The notes under the pieces: model-generated
Told to the model about the DNA's origin: nothing
The model's database searches: none
The model's input: only the letters and a program-made list of their open reading frames with translations
From: Promethearchaeota archaeon
GTDB lineage: Archaea > Asgardarchaeota > Lokiarchaeia > Sigyniarchaeales > SOKP01
Assembly (NCBI GenBank): GCA_048937405.1
Contig: JBHLNF010000009.1
Span: forward strand, 64,001-128,000
Length of the DNA stretch: 64,000 nucleotides
Reading direction: 5' to 3'
In this document: positions 40,398-50,416 of the stretch, one piece after another
Numbering within the stretch: the stretch's first letter is position 1
Layout of the letters: each line of letters opens with the position of its first letter
Position numbers and translations under genes: made by a program

Positions 40398-41603
40398 ATG
40401 TCTGAGAATCGAATTCCTGAAAATCTGGTTATTTGCATAGACACGTCTAGATCAATGTATAGAACAGATTTTTCTCCACACAGATTAACATGTTGTATTT
40501 CTGCAATTAAGATACTGATTAAAGAGAGATTCACAATAGATAATTTAAGTGCGTTTGCTTTAATAAAATATGCTGACATCCCTACAATGGTTGTAGATTT
40601 TAGTACTTCAGGTTTTGAACATCATCTCATTGAAGGTTTAAATTCTTTGAAATGTGGTGGTTATTCTGCTATGGGGAATGCACTAGCTTTATCAATTAAA
40701 ACTTTAATTGGAGAATTACGTAAAATTGGAGCTAAATCACCTCGGATAATTCTGATTTCTGATGGAAATTTTATGAAAACAGCGGTTGATCCAATCAAGA
40801 TGGCACGTGTGGCTCAAGGGTTAAATATTCGAATAGATTCTTTTGGTATAGGCATAACAAGACGAGAAAATGTACTTAAGAAAATAAGTGATATTACTGA
40901 TGGTAGATTCTTTTATACTAATGATCCTGAATCATTAGTTAATTCAGCTAAGGAAATTGCTGATGATAACTATAAAACATACGGATCAGGTAAAGAAACA
41001 CTTATAGAAAATCCTGCTTTTCTTAGAAAGATTGCAGCAGATTTATTGAGAGTTCAAGATTTAACAAAAGATCAAGAACAAAGGGCAAAACAAATTAGAG
41101 GAGAAGTTGATTTTAAAAAATGTTCTATTTGCTTTTCGGATCAAAATCCATATACAAAAGGTTCTTTTTATGTAACTGGAAGATATTGTCCAAATTGTAC
41201 AACACCTTTTCATATACATTGTTTAGCAGCATGGGCAGACTCTCAAAAAAATCATCAAGTAAAGAAATCTGGTACTGCTAGATGTCCTCATTGTTTTTAC
41301 CTCCTGAAAATACCAATGGAGGTTACTCAAATTCAAAAACTACAAGTTCTTACCAGAGGAACGAAAGAAGACACTTCGCAGAAACCTGAAATTATGCCAG
41401 CTAAATATATAGAAGATGTTGCTTTGCTAGGGGAAGAGGCTCTCTTTAATGCATGCCCTGTATGTCATTTAATTTTTGACAAAGGTCAATCAGCTGTTCA
41501 ATGTGGAAATCTTCAGTGTAATACTCTTTATCATGAAGATTGTTTTAAAAAATTAAAAGAAGGACATTGTCGCAGTTGTGATATGAAGTTACATCTTTTC
41601 TGA
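40398..41603 (+). CDS. vWA (Ssl1/Rpn10-like) domain protein with two C4HC3 RING/PHD-like fingers
   Basis: ICIDTSRSM..TDFSPHRL, ISDG; CSIC..CPNC..FHIHC..W..CPHC; CPVC..CGNLQC..YHEDC..CRSC. Confidence 0.85.
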   Translation: MSENRIPENLVICIDTSRSMYRTDFSPHRLTCCISAIKILIKERFTIDNLSAFALIKYADIPTMVVDFSTSGFEHHLIEGLNSLKCGGYSAMGNALALSIKTLIGELRKIGAKSPRIILISDGNFMKTAVDPIKMARVAQGLNIRIDSFGIGITRRENVLKKISDITDGRFFYTNDPESLVNSAKEIADDNYKTYGSGKETLIENPAFLRKIAADLLRVQDLTKDQEQRAKQIRGEVDFKKCSICFSDQNPYTKGSFYVTGRYCPNCTTPFHIHCLAAWADSQKNHQVKKSGTARCPHCFYLLKIPMEVTQIQKLQVLTRGTKEDTSQKPEIMPAKYIEDVALLGEEALFNACPVCHLIFDKGQSAVQCGNLQCNTLYHEDCFKKLKEGHCRSCDMKLHLF

Positions 41604-41636
41604 ATTTTTTAATCAGAACATTTAGAAGCTATAAAA

Positions 41637-41888
41637 TTACTCATTTTTTCTTGATTTCATCTTAATATCTATCTCTGAGATCAAATAACATAAAATATCA
41701 TATGTTGGACCAGAAAAGAATATTTCAGCAGCTTTTTCTCTTATCCTACTTTCAATATTATAATTTGGGTCTCGTTGAACAAATAGTTCTCTTTCTGCTA
41801 ACATCCAACACAATTTATCATAAGTATATCCTTTCTGCGCGAGATAGTATGCTGCCACATTAACCTGTGAAATTTCATCACTATTCAT
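41637..41888 (-). CDS. Small protein of two internal helical repeats (DUF2934-like)
   Basis: AAYYLAQKGYTYDKLCWMLAE versus KAAEIFFSGPTYDILCYLISE. Confidence 0.65.
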   Translation of the reverse strand: MNSDEISQVNVAAYYLAQKGYTYDKLCWMLAERELFVQRDPNYNIESRIREKAAEIFFSGPTYDILCYLISEIDIKMKSRKNE

Positions 41889-42131
41889 CTTAATCAGATT
41901 TTTAATTTTTTTTTATTTAGTTTTTTTTGAACCTTACTTAATTAATAGTCTTCATACTTTTAATTCCAATTCTTAAATGAAATTTGATCAACAAGGATAT
42001 TTGAATTTTATTTTTCTAGAATTAATTTTAGAGATAGCATCACAGATAATTTTCTTTACCTTGAAAAAGTAAGCAGATTAAATAATATGTAATTCCTTTT
42101 TTAAATAATACATTAATTAATTGAATTAAAA

Positions 42132-43016
42132 ATGGATGATACTGAATTTTATACTTATAGAAAAGTAAAAGTGGAAAGAGGAAAATTTGAGCTACCCCCC
42201 CTACTAATTGGAACAATCTTCTATCAAAATGAAACTCTTGTTGATCGAAAAAATCCTGAAATTTTTGACCACCAAAAAGCGATTAAACGTATTAAAACAC
42301 AACAAACCTTATCAGAAAGATTTAAGATACCCAATTTAGTGGAAATATCTGCTAATACCCCTAAATCAATGATAAAATATTTAGAGTTTTATTTAGACAA
42401 TTTTGATCCTCCTTTCGTATTAGGAGGAGATTTTGAATCAAGGGTAGTTGGAATTGAATATCTTAATGAGCATGGTATAAAGCCAGATCAGTATATATAT
42501 AACACAATTTCAAATTTGAAAAACAAGAGAGAAGTAGAATTATTGCAGAAAAATAAAATAAAGTCAGTTGTAATATTAATTCTAGGTTCGGGAAATATGA
42601 CATCAACACAAAGATATGGATATATCACTCATAAAAATCAACCTAATAATGAGAGTTTAATTGATGGATTAAAAAAAATTGGAATTGAACAACTCTGGAT
42701 AGATGGTGGTGTTGTGAATTTAGAAAGTTTGGCTCATATAATCGAAACACAGCAATTAATCAGTACGTCATTAAAATTTCCTGTTGGTACAGCACCAAAT
42801 CTTTTTCTCTTTCCATATTCTTCCCCTCGATTAAATATAAAATATCTTACCAGATATCGAAGAGCTAGTATAATGTTTATTGTAGCATGGTATAGCAATT
42901 TTATATTTTATGGTGCGATTGAAGATGCTAAGGAATCCTTTGCATCGGTGTTTCAGTCAATAGAATTCAAAAACGTAATAAAAAGAGGAAATATTAAACT
43001 TTTTAATCAATCCTAA
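42132..43016 (+). CDS. MtrH/MtgA-like pterin methyltransferase homologue (divergent)
   Basis: PPLLIGTIFY, IFD..KA...IKTQ..LS, YIYNTI, WID, PVG.AP.N follow the MtrH family pattern. Confidence 0.75.
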   Translation: MDDTEFYTYRKVKVERGKFELPPLLIGTIFYQNETLVDRKNPEIFDHQKAIKRIKTQQTLSERFKIPNLVEISANTPKSMIKYLEFYLDNFDPPFVLGGDFESRVVGIEYLNEHGIKPDQYIYNTISNLKNKREVELLQKNKIKSVVILILGSGNMTSTQRYGYITHKNQPNNESLIDGLKKIGIEQLWIDGGVVNLESLAHIIETQQLISTSLKFPVGTAPNLFLFPYSSPRLNIKYLTRYRRASIMFIVAWYSNFIFYGAIEDAKESFASVFQSIEFKNVIKRGNIKLFNQS

Positions 43017-43180
43017 AAATAAAATGCTTTTTATTCTTATACAAAGATATCTAAATTCAAATTTATGATAAAAAGCTATTAATGCTAAGGTTTTAATATC
43101 ATAATTAAGCTTATGTATTTGCATAATAATTTTAATTTATCAATTTGATTACCCGATTTTATGAATAAAAGGAGTATGAG

Positions 43181-44329
43181 ATGATGGATAATCGTTATAC
43201 TGATGAGAAAGAGCTGGAGGCTATAAAACTAATTGATCAAGCAGAAACCTTTGCCGATCGCGGAAAAGGAAAGGAATCTATTCATTTTTACGAGAAAGCA
43301 GCTTCTATTTATCTTGAGCTAGGGAGTTACATTAAATTAGATGAACTTTACATTAGAATTGCTCAAATTATATCACAATTTAAGGATAACATTCAAGCGG
43401 TTTATAGATTAAAATCTATTATTAGAAAAACTGAAGAACTTAAACTTTATGAAGTTTCTGCAAAATTATTGATTCAATTAGGAAATCTATCATTTAATAT
43501 GCATGACTGGGAATCTGCTGGGGAAGCTTGGGAAAGTGCTTCAAATTATCTATTTCAAACTGATCCTGAAGAATATATCAATCTCTCTTCAATACTTCTC
43601 TTAAAAGCTGGGCAATCCTTTGAACGATCTAGAATTAAAAAGGATGAAGGTAAACGTCTGATTCTAAAAGCAGTAATGAAAATAAATAAATTTGATGAGC
43701 TCTATGAACAAGAAGAAAAAAACGCATTAAATTTGTTAATTAGGAAGGAGTTTGATGCTTCTGCTAAGAAATTCAATAATATTGCTTCATATTTTAAAAA
43801 AGCTCTAGCTGATTTAGATAATATAATAGATAAAGAAGAATCAGAAGAGACTTACCTCAATACAAAAGCTAGATTTATACATTTTGTAGCAGAATATCAA
43901 ACAGTATCTGCTTTATGCTTAAGGGTATCTGAAAATCATATTTACAATGAGAGAATAAAACAACTTGGAAATGAATCTTTTGAATTATTTAAGGAATCTA
44001 TTTCCATGCTTAAGACATATTTAGGCCCATTAAAATCAGATTTCGATCATGAAATAATATTAAGAATTACCTTTGATATAATGTTAATGGGAATAATTCA
44101 AGGAATGCTAGGAAAGCATTTTATCAGTCCGAATGATTATCTCTTCGAAGATATTGAGAAAAATAAACAATTGACAAAGGAATTAAAAAATTCACCATAT
44201 TATAAAATAACTGAAAGGATTGAAAAATTAGGGATAAGGGAAGCTCTCGATGAACTTAAAAAAACTCATCTGGGTCATTTTGAGCTGATAAAAAATACTT
44301 TAATCGAATATTTTGAAACCCTCAAATGA
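43181..44329 (+). CDS. Alpha-solenoid TPR/SNAP-like protein
   Basis: Repeated A..(Y/W/F)..A(A/S)..(Y/F) helices, e.g. FYEKAASIYLELG, AGEAWESASNY, SAKKFNNIASYF. Confidence 0.6.
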   Translation: MMDNRYTDEKELEAIKLIDQAETFADRGKGKESIHFYEKAASIYLELGSYIKLDELYIRIAQIISQFKDNIQAVYRLKSIIRKTEELKLYEVSAKLLIQLGNLSFNMHDWESAGEAWESASNYLFQTDPEEYINLSSILLLKAGQSFERSRIKKDEGKRLILKAVMKINKFDELYEQEEKNALNLLIRKEFDASAKKFNNIASYFKKALADLDNIIDKEESEETYLNTKARFIHFVAEYQTVSALCLRVSENHIYNERIKQLGNESFELFKESISMLKTYLGPLKSDFDHEIILRITFDIMLMGIIQGMLGKHFISPNDYLFEDIEKNKQLTKELKNSPYYKITERIEKLGIREALDELKKTHLGHFELIKNTLIEYFETLK

Positions 44330-44410
44330 TTAACTATCAATAACAGTGTTAATTTATACTCTCAGAAAATAAGAATATAACCTGGTATAGCTATTTTCTT
44401 AATTATTACC

Positions 44411-44566
44411 TTATAATTTATTTAAGATGGAAATTAGATAGCTAGCTTGAATCCCAATAATGTCAATTAATCTTTTTACCTCTTCATCAGTTTTAGGAAA
44501 AACATCAATATTCCCAATTTGAATTTGCTTTAATCCAACTTCTTTAACAACTTTATATGTCTCCAA
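44411..44566 (-). pseudogene. Orphan 51-codon fragment resembling the C-terminus of a PFL-activating/AmrS-type radical SAM protein
   Basis: LETYKVVKEVGLKQIQIGNIDVFPKTDEE resembles the (A)Y..AK..GL..V.IGN tail; no upstream body present. Confidence 0.45.
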
Positions 44567-44785
44567 AATTTAAAAAATTTAGCTAAAACAAAGAAGATAT
44601 AAATCTTGATGTAAAAGAGAGATTTTTAAGATTTTTTATAGAGCAATGAAAGAAAGAAAAAATAAAGATACATTAAAAAAATCATACTATTTCATATATT
44701 GAATTTTCAAGCCCTCTTTGTCTTTTTTGTAGCTATGTAGATATAACAAAAAAGTTTAAATAGATAAATTTATTATGTAACATTA

Positions 44786-44886
44786 AAGTGTTTATTTATC
44801 TAGAGAACTCTTTATAGATTTCTCGTACCACTATTTCTTTATTAATATTATTAAGTTTAATCCTAGATAGTGGTATTTAGACACTT
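44786..44886 (+). ncRNA. Candidate structured 5' leader RNA (three-way junction)
   Basis: AAGTGTTTA 44786-44794 pairs with TAGACACTT 44878-44886; ATCTA/TAGAT hairpin 44798-44819; TACCACTAT 44826-44834 pairs with ATAGTGGTA 44867-44875; TATA box TTTAAATA at 44755-44762. Confidence 0.45.
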
Positions 44887-44925
44887 ATATAAAAAGAATC
44901 GAAAAAAAATTGGAGAATTAGGAAA

Positions 44926-46509
44926 TTGAAGATTTTATATGTTAACCCTGCTCGATTAACTTCTGGACTTGATGCCATAATTAAAGGTCCTCCTTTAAGT
45001 TTAATTTCAATTGCTGCAATGGTTCCAGAACATGATGCGAAATTATTTGATTTCAAAGTTCATAAGTATAATGAAAAGAGATTTCTTTCATTATTAAATC
45101 AAAATGACATAGTAGCTCTCACAAGCATGACACCACAAATATCTCATGCATTTGAAGTTGCCCAAATGGCAAAAGAGCAAGGATGCACTACAATAATTGG
45201 AGGATATCAGCCAACTTTAGATCCAGAATCAGTAGCGAGACATCCAGCAGTAGATTATGCTGTACGTGGGGAAGGGGAATATACTTTCCGCGAACTTATA
45301 GAATATATTGATGGTAATAAAGGAAATATACCATTAAGTAAAATTGATGGTGTCTCATATAAAAATAAAGAAGGCATAGTAATTCATAATAAAGATCGTA
45401 GATTAGAACTTAATTTAGATAATTTTCCAATGCCTCGAAGAGATCTATTAGATGATAAAAAATATGTTTATTTAGGTGCTAGGGTTGCTCAACTTGAAAC
45501 ATCACGAGGATGTCCCCATAATTGCAAATTCTGTTGTATTATAAAAATGTGGAGAAATCCAGATCGTCCTGTTACCTATCGTACAAAATCAACAAAAAGG
45601 ATCATGCAAGAAATATATAATATCGATTGGAAAAATGATTTCATTTTTTTCTGTGAAGACAACTTTACTATTAAAGTAAAAAGAACAAAAAAAATTCTTG
45701 AAACAATGATTCATTCGGGAATTCCAAATAAAATGTATTTTTCTTGTCAATCTAGAGTTGATACATTATATCGGAATCCATGGTTAATTGATTTAATGCA
45801 TAAAGCAGGTATGAGGCAAGTTTTTCTCGGAATTGAATCAGTTCATCAACAAAGTCTTGATGCTATGAATAAGCAAAATACTACTCCAGCTATGGTCAGA
45901 AAAGTTGTTACTGAACTTCAAGATCGTGGAATTTCGATTTTTGGTGGTGTTATAATTGGATTTCCTGGAGAAACTAAAACAATGGTGAGGCAAAATATTC
46001 AATTTGCTAGATCATTAAATTTAACCTGTATTCAATTTACACCTATTACCGCATTTCCAGGAACAGATTTTCATAATGAAATGAAAGAAAAAAATATGAT
46101 TACCAGTCACAATTACAAACACTATAACTTATTTCATCCGATGATGAGAACAGAGCAATTGTCTAATATAGAAATGTATAGACTAGTAGCTGAAGCCTAT
46201 TCTGCTTATTATTTAAGCGGTAATTGGTTAAGAGTACTCGCAAAAAGATACTGTAATCCATTTGGTAAATTTAATTGGATGGGTAAAAATGTTCCTCGAT
46301 TTGTTAAAACATGTATTGTGAGTGGTGTAGAAATGCTTCATACAATGGGGATGACAAGTAGTATAATTTCTGAAGAAATGAAACAAATTATGAAGAATGG
46401 AAAAAATATCAAATCTTTTGAAATTCAAAAACCAATAATTCAGGAAAAGAAATGTGATGTTGTACCTCTAGTTAAAAAAAAACAAGAATCAGTTAAAATT
46501 TCCTATTGA
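44926..46509 (+). CDS. Cobalamin-binding radical SAM enzyme (class B methyltransferase-like)
   Basis: N-terminal B12-binding domain (PPLSL..IAA, IIGG, GEGE), TSRGCPHNCKFC, DNF, GIES, IIGFPGET. Confidence 0.93.
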   Translation: MKILYVNPARLTSGLDAIIKGPPLSLISIAAMVPEHDAKLFDFKVHKYNEKRFLSLLNQNDIVALTSMTPQISHAFEVAQMAKEQGCTTIIGGYQPTLDPESVARHPAVDYAVRGEGEYTFRELIEYIDGNKGNIPLSKIDGVSYKNKEGIVIHNKDRRLELNLDNFPMPRRDLLDDKKYVYLGARVAQLETSRGCPHNCKFCCIIKMWRNPDRPVTYRTKSTKRIMQEIYNIDWKNDFIFFCEDNFTIKVKRTKKILETMIHSGIPNKMYFSCQSRVDTLYRNPWLIDLMHKAGMRQVFLGIESVHQQSLDAMNKQNTTPAMVRKVVTELQDRGISIFGGVIIGFPGETKTMVRQNIQFARSLNLTCIQFTPITAFPGTDFHNEMKEKNMITSHNYKHYNLFHPMMRTEQLSNIEMYRLVAEAYSAYYLSGNWLRVLAKRYCNPFGKFNWMGKNVPRFVKTCIVSGVEMLHTMGMTSSIISEEMKQIMKNGKNIKSFEIQKPIIQEKKCDVVPLVKKKQESVKISY

Positions 46510-46607
46510 ATTAAACTTAGTAATGAGCTTCAGATCTTTTCAAAAATTGTGGTATAAAAATAGAATTATGACCTTAATTAAAGCCCTATTTTTTAGAATA
46601 CTACCGT

Positions 46608-46931
46608 TTAAAATTTTATTATAAGTCTATTAAATTTCAATTTTGAGATTTTTCGAACTCCATGGTCACCAGATGCATAATCACAAGAAATTAATCCAGC
46701 CTCTTCAAGTTTCTTAATTTGGGCCGATATGTTTGCTTCAGTCATTTTTAAATTAGAAGCGATATTAGAAACATCCATTGGTTCTTCTTGGATATGATTA
46801 AGTATTTTGCGTCTAGTTCGTGAAGATAAGGCTTTAACTATTTTTTCAATTTGTTCATCTGACTCTACAGATATAGATTCAGATTTATTTTGCAAACTAA
46901 CTTCTAAAATACCTGATTGTGTGATTTCCAT
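46608..46931 (-). CDS. ArsR-family winged-HTH regulator
   Basis: KALSSRTRRKIL, MDVSNIA, ANISAQIKKLEEAGLI. Confidence 0.88.
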   Translation of the reverse strand: MEITQSGILEVSLQNKSESISVESDEQIEKIVKALSSRTRRKILNHIQEEPMDVSNIASNLKMTEANISAQIKKLEEAGLISCDYASGDHGVRKISKLKFNRLIIKF

Positions 46932-47776
46932 GAGTTTTTATCCAACCCTTAATAACTTTCTTATGGGGATCTACATTAAACCTATATTTTTGACGATATA
47001 TATATTTTCCTTGTGTATCTTTTGTATGGTTTCAATACATATGATTACATTAATTACAAATGATATTGAAAATCATTGAATATATAAAACAAAATTTTAT
47101 TTGGATAGATATTTGTTTAATAAAAAAAAACAAAGAATCTTAATGATAAACTTGCAATTTTCTAAGAATTCAGCGTAGTATATTTATGACCCTAAAGATT
47201 TTCAATGATAACTTATTCGAGAAAAATTAATTGATTTAATCATTATGAAATCATATCATTTTAATTTTCATAAAATAGCTTAAAAATTTATTAAATAAAA
47301 GTATCATTTTTTAATAATAATTAAATTTAAGAACCTTAAGCACTAGATAATGTGACCTACATTCTTTATTTTTTTGTAAAAATAATTTCTTAAAAAATAA
47401 AGTCAGAAATAAGATATCAATAAATTTCCATAGAATATTTCTCAATTAAGAATAGAAAGATAACTTTCTTAGTATTGAAATATAATAGATGAAAAAATAA
47501 TGAATAATATATTATAAAAGCTTCAAAACCTTAAAATAAGTTAATTTTTCCTTATTTTTTATATCTTATCATTCTAAATTTACGTTCAACAGATGATTTG
47601 AGAACAATTGAAATTAGAATTTTCCTTGATATTAATCATTTATATACTAATATTACTTATGTTACATATATATATAATAATTACAAATAAAAAGATATGA
47701 GTAATTCACAAATGAGCCTAAATTTAGCTCAAAAATCTTAAATGAAAAGAATATTTATTCAGAAAGATGAAATCAA

Positions 47777-48382
47777 TTGAAAGAATCAACTAATGTTATA
47801 ACTGTTAGAATTGATGAAAATTTAAATGATAATTTAGAGAAGGTCCGAAGAAAACTGGGTATTTCTAAAGCTGACCTTATTAGAAACTATTTAGAAATAT
47901 CAAAATATATAATTAAACAAAAAGGTTCACTTCAATCTTTAAATGATCGAGATTTTATGATAGTAAAAAGAAGTTTTTTAAGAAAACTTGTTGAGAAAGA
48001 AGAGGAAGAAGCACAAATTAAGTTAGGAGATAAATTAGCTCGCTTCATAAATGATTGCGCAAGAATAAATAGTAAAATTGATGATATCTTTTATAAATTA
48101 GATTTATGTGATAATTTAGGATTTTTTCGAAATTTTATTGATGATAATAAATATATTTTAATAGATAAGAAATTTGGACCTCAAAAATTTGTGGAAGCCT
48201 TTGCATGGAGAATTTTTAATCAAGAAGAATTCAATGCAAATTGGACTACGTCGAAAATTACTGACCAAAGCAAAATACGAACTGCTTACCAAAAACAGGT
48301 CCAACCAATTGATATATCCTCCTCCCATTATTCCTTTGAATTTGCTAAACTAACTGATGGAGAAGAAGAATATAATTTTTAG
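47777..48382 (+). CDS. Ribbon-helix-helix regulator with C-terminal domain
   Basis: VITVRIDENL...LEKV...GISKADLIR followed by about 150 aa. Confidence 0.75.
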   Translation: MKESTNVITVRIDENLNDNLEKVRRKLGISKADLIRNYLEISKYIIKQKGSLQSLNDRDFMIVKRSFLRKLVEKEEEEAQIKLGDKLARFINDCARINSKIDDIFYKLDLCDNLGFFRNFIDDNKYILIDKKFGPQKFVEAFAWRIFNQEEFNANWTTSKITDQSKIRTAYQKQVQPIDISSSHYSFEFAKLTDGEEEYNF

Positions 48383-48386
48383 ATAT

Positions 48387-50117
48387 TTAACTTTTGTCAA
48401 TTATCTCTTTTAGACCCAATATTGGAGTAATGATCATATTAGGTCTAAATAACATCTCATAGTTTAATTCATGCAATGTTCTTTCGATATAGAAATAAGT
48501 AATCAAAATATAGTCTGCTTTCAGATTTTTTAATATTTTTCCCATCAACTTATTTTCCCATATATTAAGAACATTAAGTACTATATCGAGAACTTTTTTT
48601 AAAGGTCTTGCTGCGCGTCTGAAGAAAAGATTATATAGAATTTCTTCAGGTACTTCATATTTGTCTTTCTGAATAATTCTATTTTCAATAAATTTAAGCA
48701 AAGTGTTGAATTTTATATAGCTGAGAGCCCTTAAAAAAGAGGCTAGATCTTTCTCAATTGGAAATTTACTTTTTTTCTCTTCTAAAGAAAGTTGTGGATC
48801 GCCTTCAAAATCTATGAAATAAAAATTGTATTGGTCATCGATTTTATTATAAAGAATTTGCTCCATGTGCAAATCTTGATGTACAGGTTGAATATTAATC
48901 TTTTGGGCTTTAAATTCTGATTGAAATCTTTCAATAATATCTTTAATATCTATAAGGATTGAGCTAACTTTTGGTAAATTAAAAAATGCGCTTTCTGGTT
49001 GATCCGTCATGTAAGTGAGTAATTCTGAGATCATCGAATTCAATCTTTCTGTGTAGACTTTAAGATAGGGCTTACTATCAACGGTTTCTAAATTATATTC
49101 TGCTTGAGAGGATAAAATTAATGATTTATGTAGATTGTTGATATATCTTCCTATCTCAGAAGATACTCTAATGGTTTCAAAGCAATGATCTTTAATTAAT
49201 TGAGAAATATTTGATTTATTGTCAAATTTTGAATAATCATTATTCGCATCCTTGAATACAGTATTTATCATGTTATTAAGTTCAGTCCAGTATATGTCTC
49301 CCAAATTTCCTTTATTTGGAACACTTTCGATAATTCCAATCGTCTCTTTATCAAGTAGTTTAATTGTTCCATAAATCTTTGGAGCATTTGGAAATTTGTT
49401 TTTAACTAATACAAATAAAGCAGAAGGTTCTATAGTTGTTGAATAAACTTTGTAAGATTTTAGCACATATGAAATTGGGTCTTGTCCGGGAAATTTGTTA
49501 TTAATTATATTTAATGAAAATAAGGTATTTGTAGTGTTTCCTTTCCCTAATTGATTTATTGAAAGGCTATAGCGATCAGGATATAAGCTTGCTTCTACTA
49601 AATTTTGTACTTTTTTCATATTAACTTCATCCTCAAATTGTTTATTATAGAGGATTAATTTTAACTGCAAGGATGGGAATCTCTCTGAGATATTTGTATC
49701 AAATAACATTTTTTTCCAGAAAAAAAGACAAAATTCAGCTTCTAATAAGTTGAGCGTAAATACTTTTTGGTTATTTTCTATATTCATAACCAACTTTTTG
49801 CTGAAAGTATTTTCAGTAAGATCCACTATATTTGAATGTGTTTTTTCACTTGAATCCAGAATTTCTTCAATCTTTTTATAATATATTAGTGGAAGAAAAT
49901 ATGTTTTAGAATAATTTGGAGTCTTAACTTCGATTATTGTGAGAAAAATATTTTCTGTGATATTTTCAAAATATTGGAGAGAAACATCAAAATCTAAATT
50001 TGATAGGCTTGATTTATCCCCAAACCATCTTCTTGATAATAGCCATCCTTTAAACTCGTTTGAATTACAAATTCCTTGAATCATATTTTTTTCTAAAAAA
50101 TTTATCATAAAAATCAT
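48387..50117 (-). CDS. Maltokinase (Mak/Pep2)-like kinase
   Basis: WLLSRRWFGDK N-terminal cap, VLKSY, LH..L, VHQDLHMEQ, IDFEGDP, KDLASFLRALSY, ELNYE...RP. Confidence 0.85.
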   Translation of the reverse strand: MIFMINFLEKNMIQGICNSNEFKGWLLSRRWFGDKSSLSNLDFDVSLQYFENITENIFLTIIEVKTPNYSKTYFLPLIYYKKIEEILDSSEKTHSNIVDLTENTFSKKLVMNIENNQKVFTLNLLEAEFCLFFWKKMLFDTNISERFPSLQLKLILYNKQFEDEVNMKKVQNLVEASLYPDRYSLSINQLGKGNTTNTLFSLNIINNKFPGQDPISYVLKSYKVYSTTIEPSALFVLVKNKFPNAPKIYGTIKLLDKETIGIIESVPNKGNLGDIYWTELNNMINTVFKDANNDYSKFDNKSNISQLIKDHCFETIRVSSEIGRYINNLHKSLILSSQAEYNLETVDSKPYLKVYTERLNSMISELLTYMTDQPESAFFNLPKVSSILIDIKDIIERFQSEFKAQKINIQPVHQDLHMEQILYNKIDDQYNFYFIDFEGDPQLSLEEKKSKFPIEKDLASFLRALSYIKFNTLLKFIENRIIQKDKYEVPEEILYNLFFRRAARPLKKVLDIVLNVLNIWENKLMGKILKNLKADYILITYFYIERTLHELNYEMLFRPNMIITPILGLKEIIDKS

Positions 50118-50189
50118 CAGTTCTTTTTTTACTAAATATGCTTGTTAATTTACAAAAACTATTATATTTTTCAATTCATTGAAACTTGG

Positions 50190-50414
50190 TTAAAACATTT
50201 TATTCACAAGGTCATTAGTAGATTGAAAAATTTGTGTATTAGTCATCTTATTAGTTAAGAGTTTTTCATAGAATCTTTCAAAATTTTTAAGAAATCTTTA
50301 CATTTTTGAACAAAAAATTTCATAGTCTTGATTAAAAATAAAAGTTATATTCATTCATCCTCTATTTTCGATTAAAATATTGAAAAGTTCTTGCCTTAAA
50401 TCATTGAAAGAATC
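50190..50414 (-). pseudogene. Decayed 3' gene fragment with two internal stops (longin-like C-terminal domain)
   Basis: DSFNDLRQELFNILIENRG*MNITFIFNQDYEIFCSKM*RFLKNFERFYEKLL...TQIFQSTNDLVNKMF*; starts directly after the ABC gene stop. Confidence 0.5.
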
Positions 50415-50416
50415 TT

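Noticed and set aside
46932-47776. 845-bp AT-rich intergenic region as a replication origin or ncRNA locus
   Set aside because: No ORB-like repeats, no adjacent cdc6/orc1 and no convincing stems; possible gene debris near 47170-47280 is too degraded to call.
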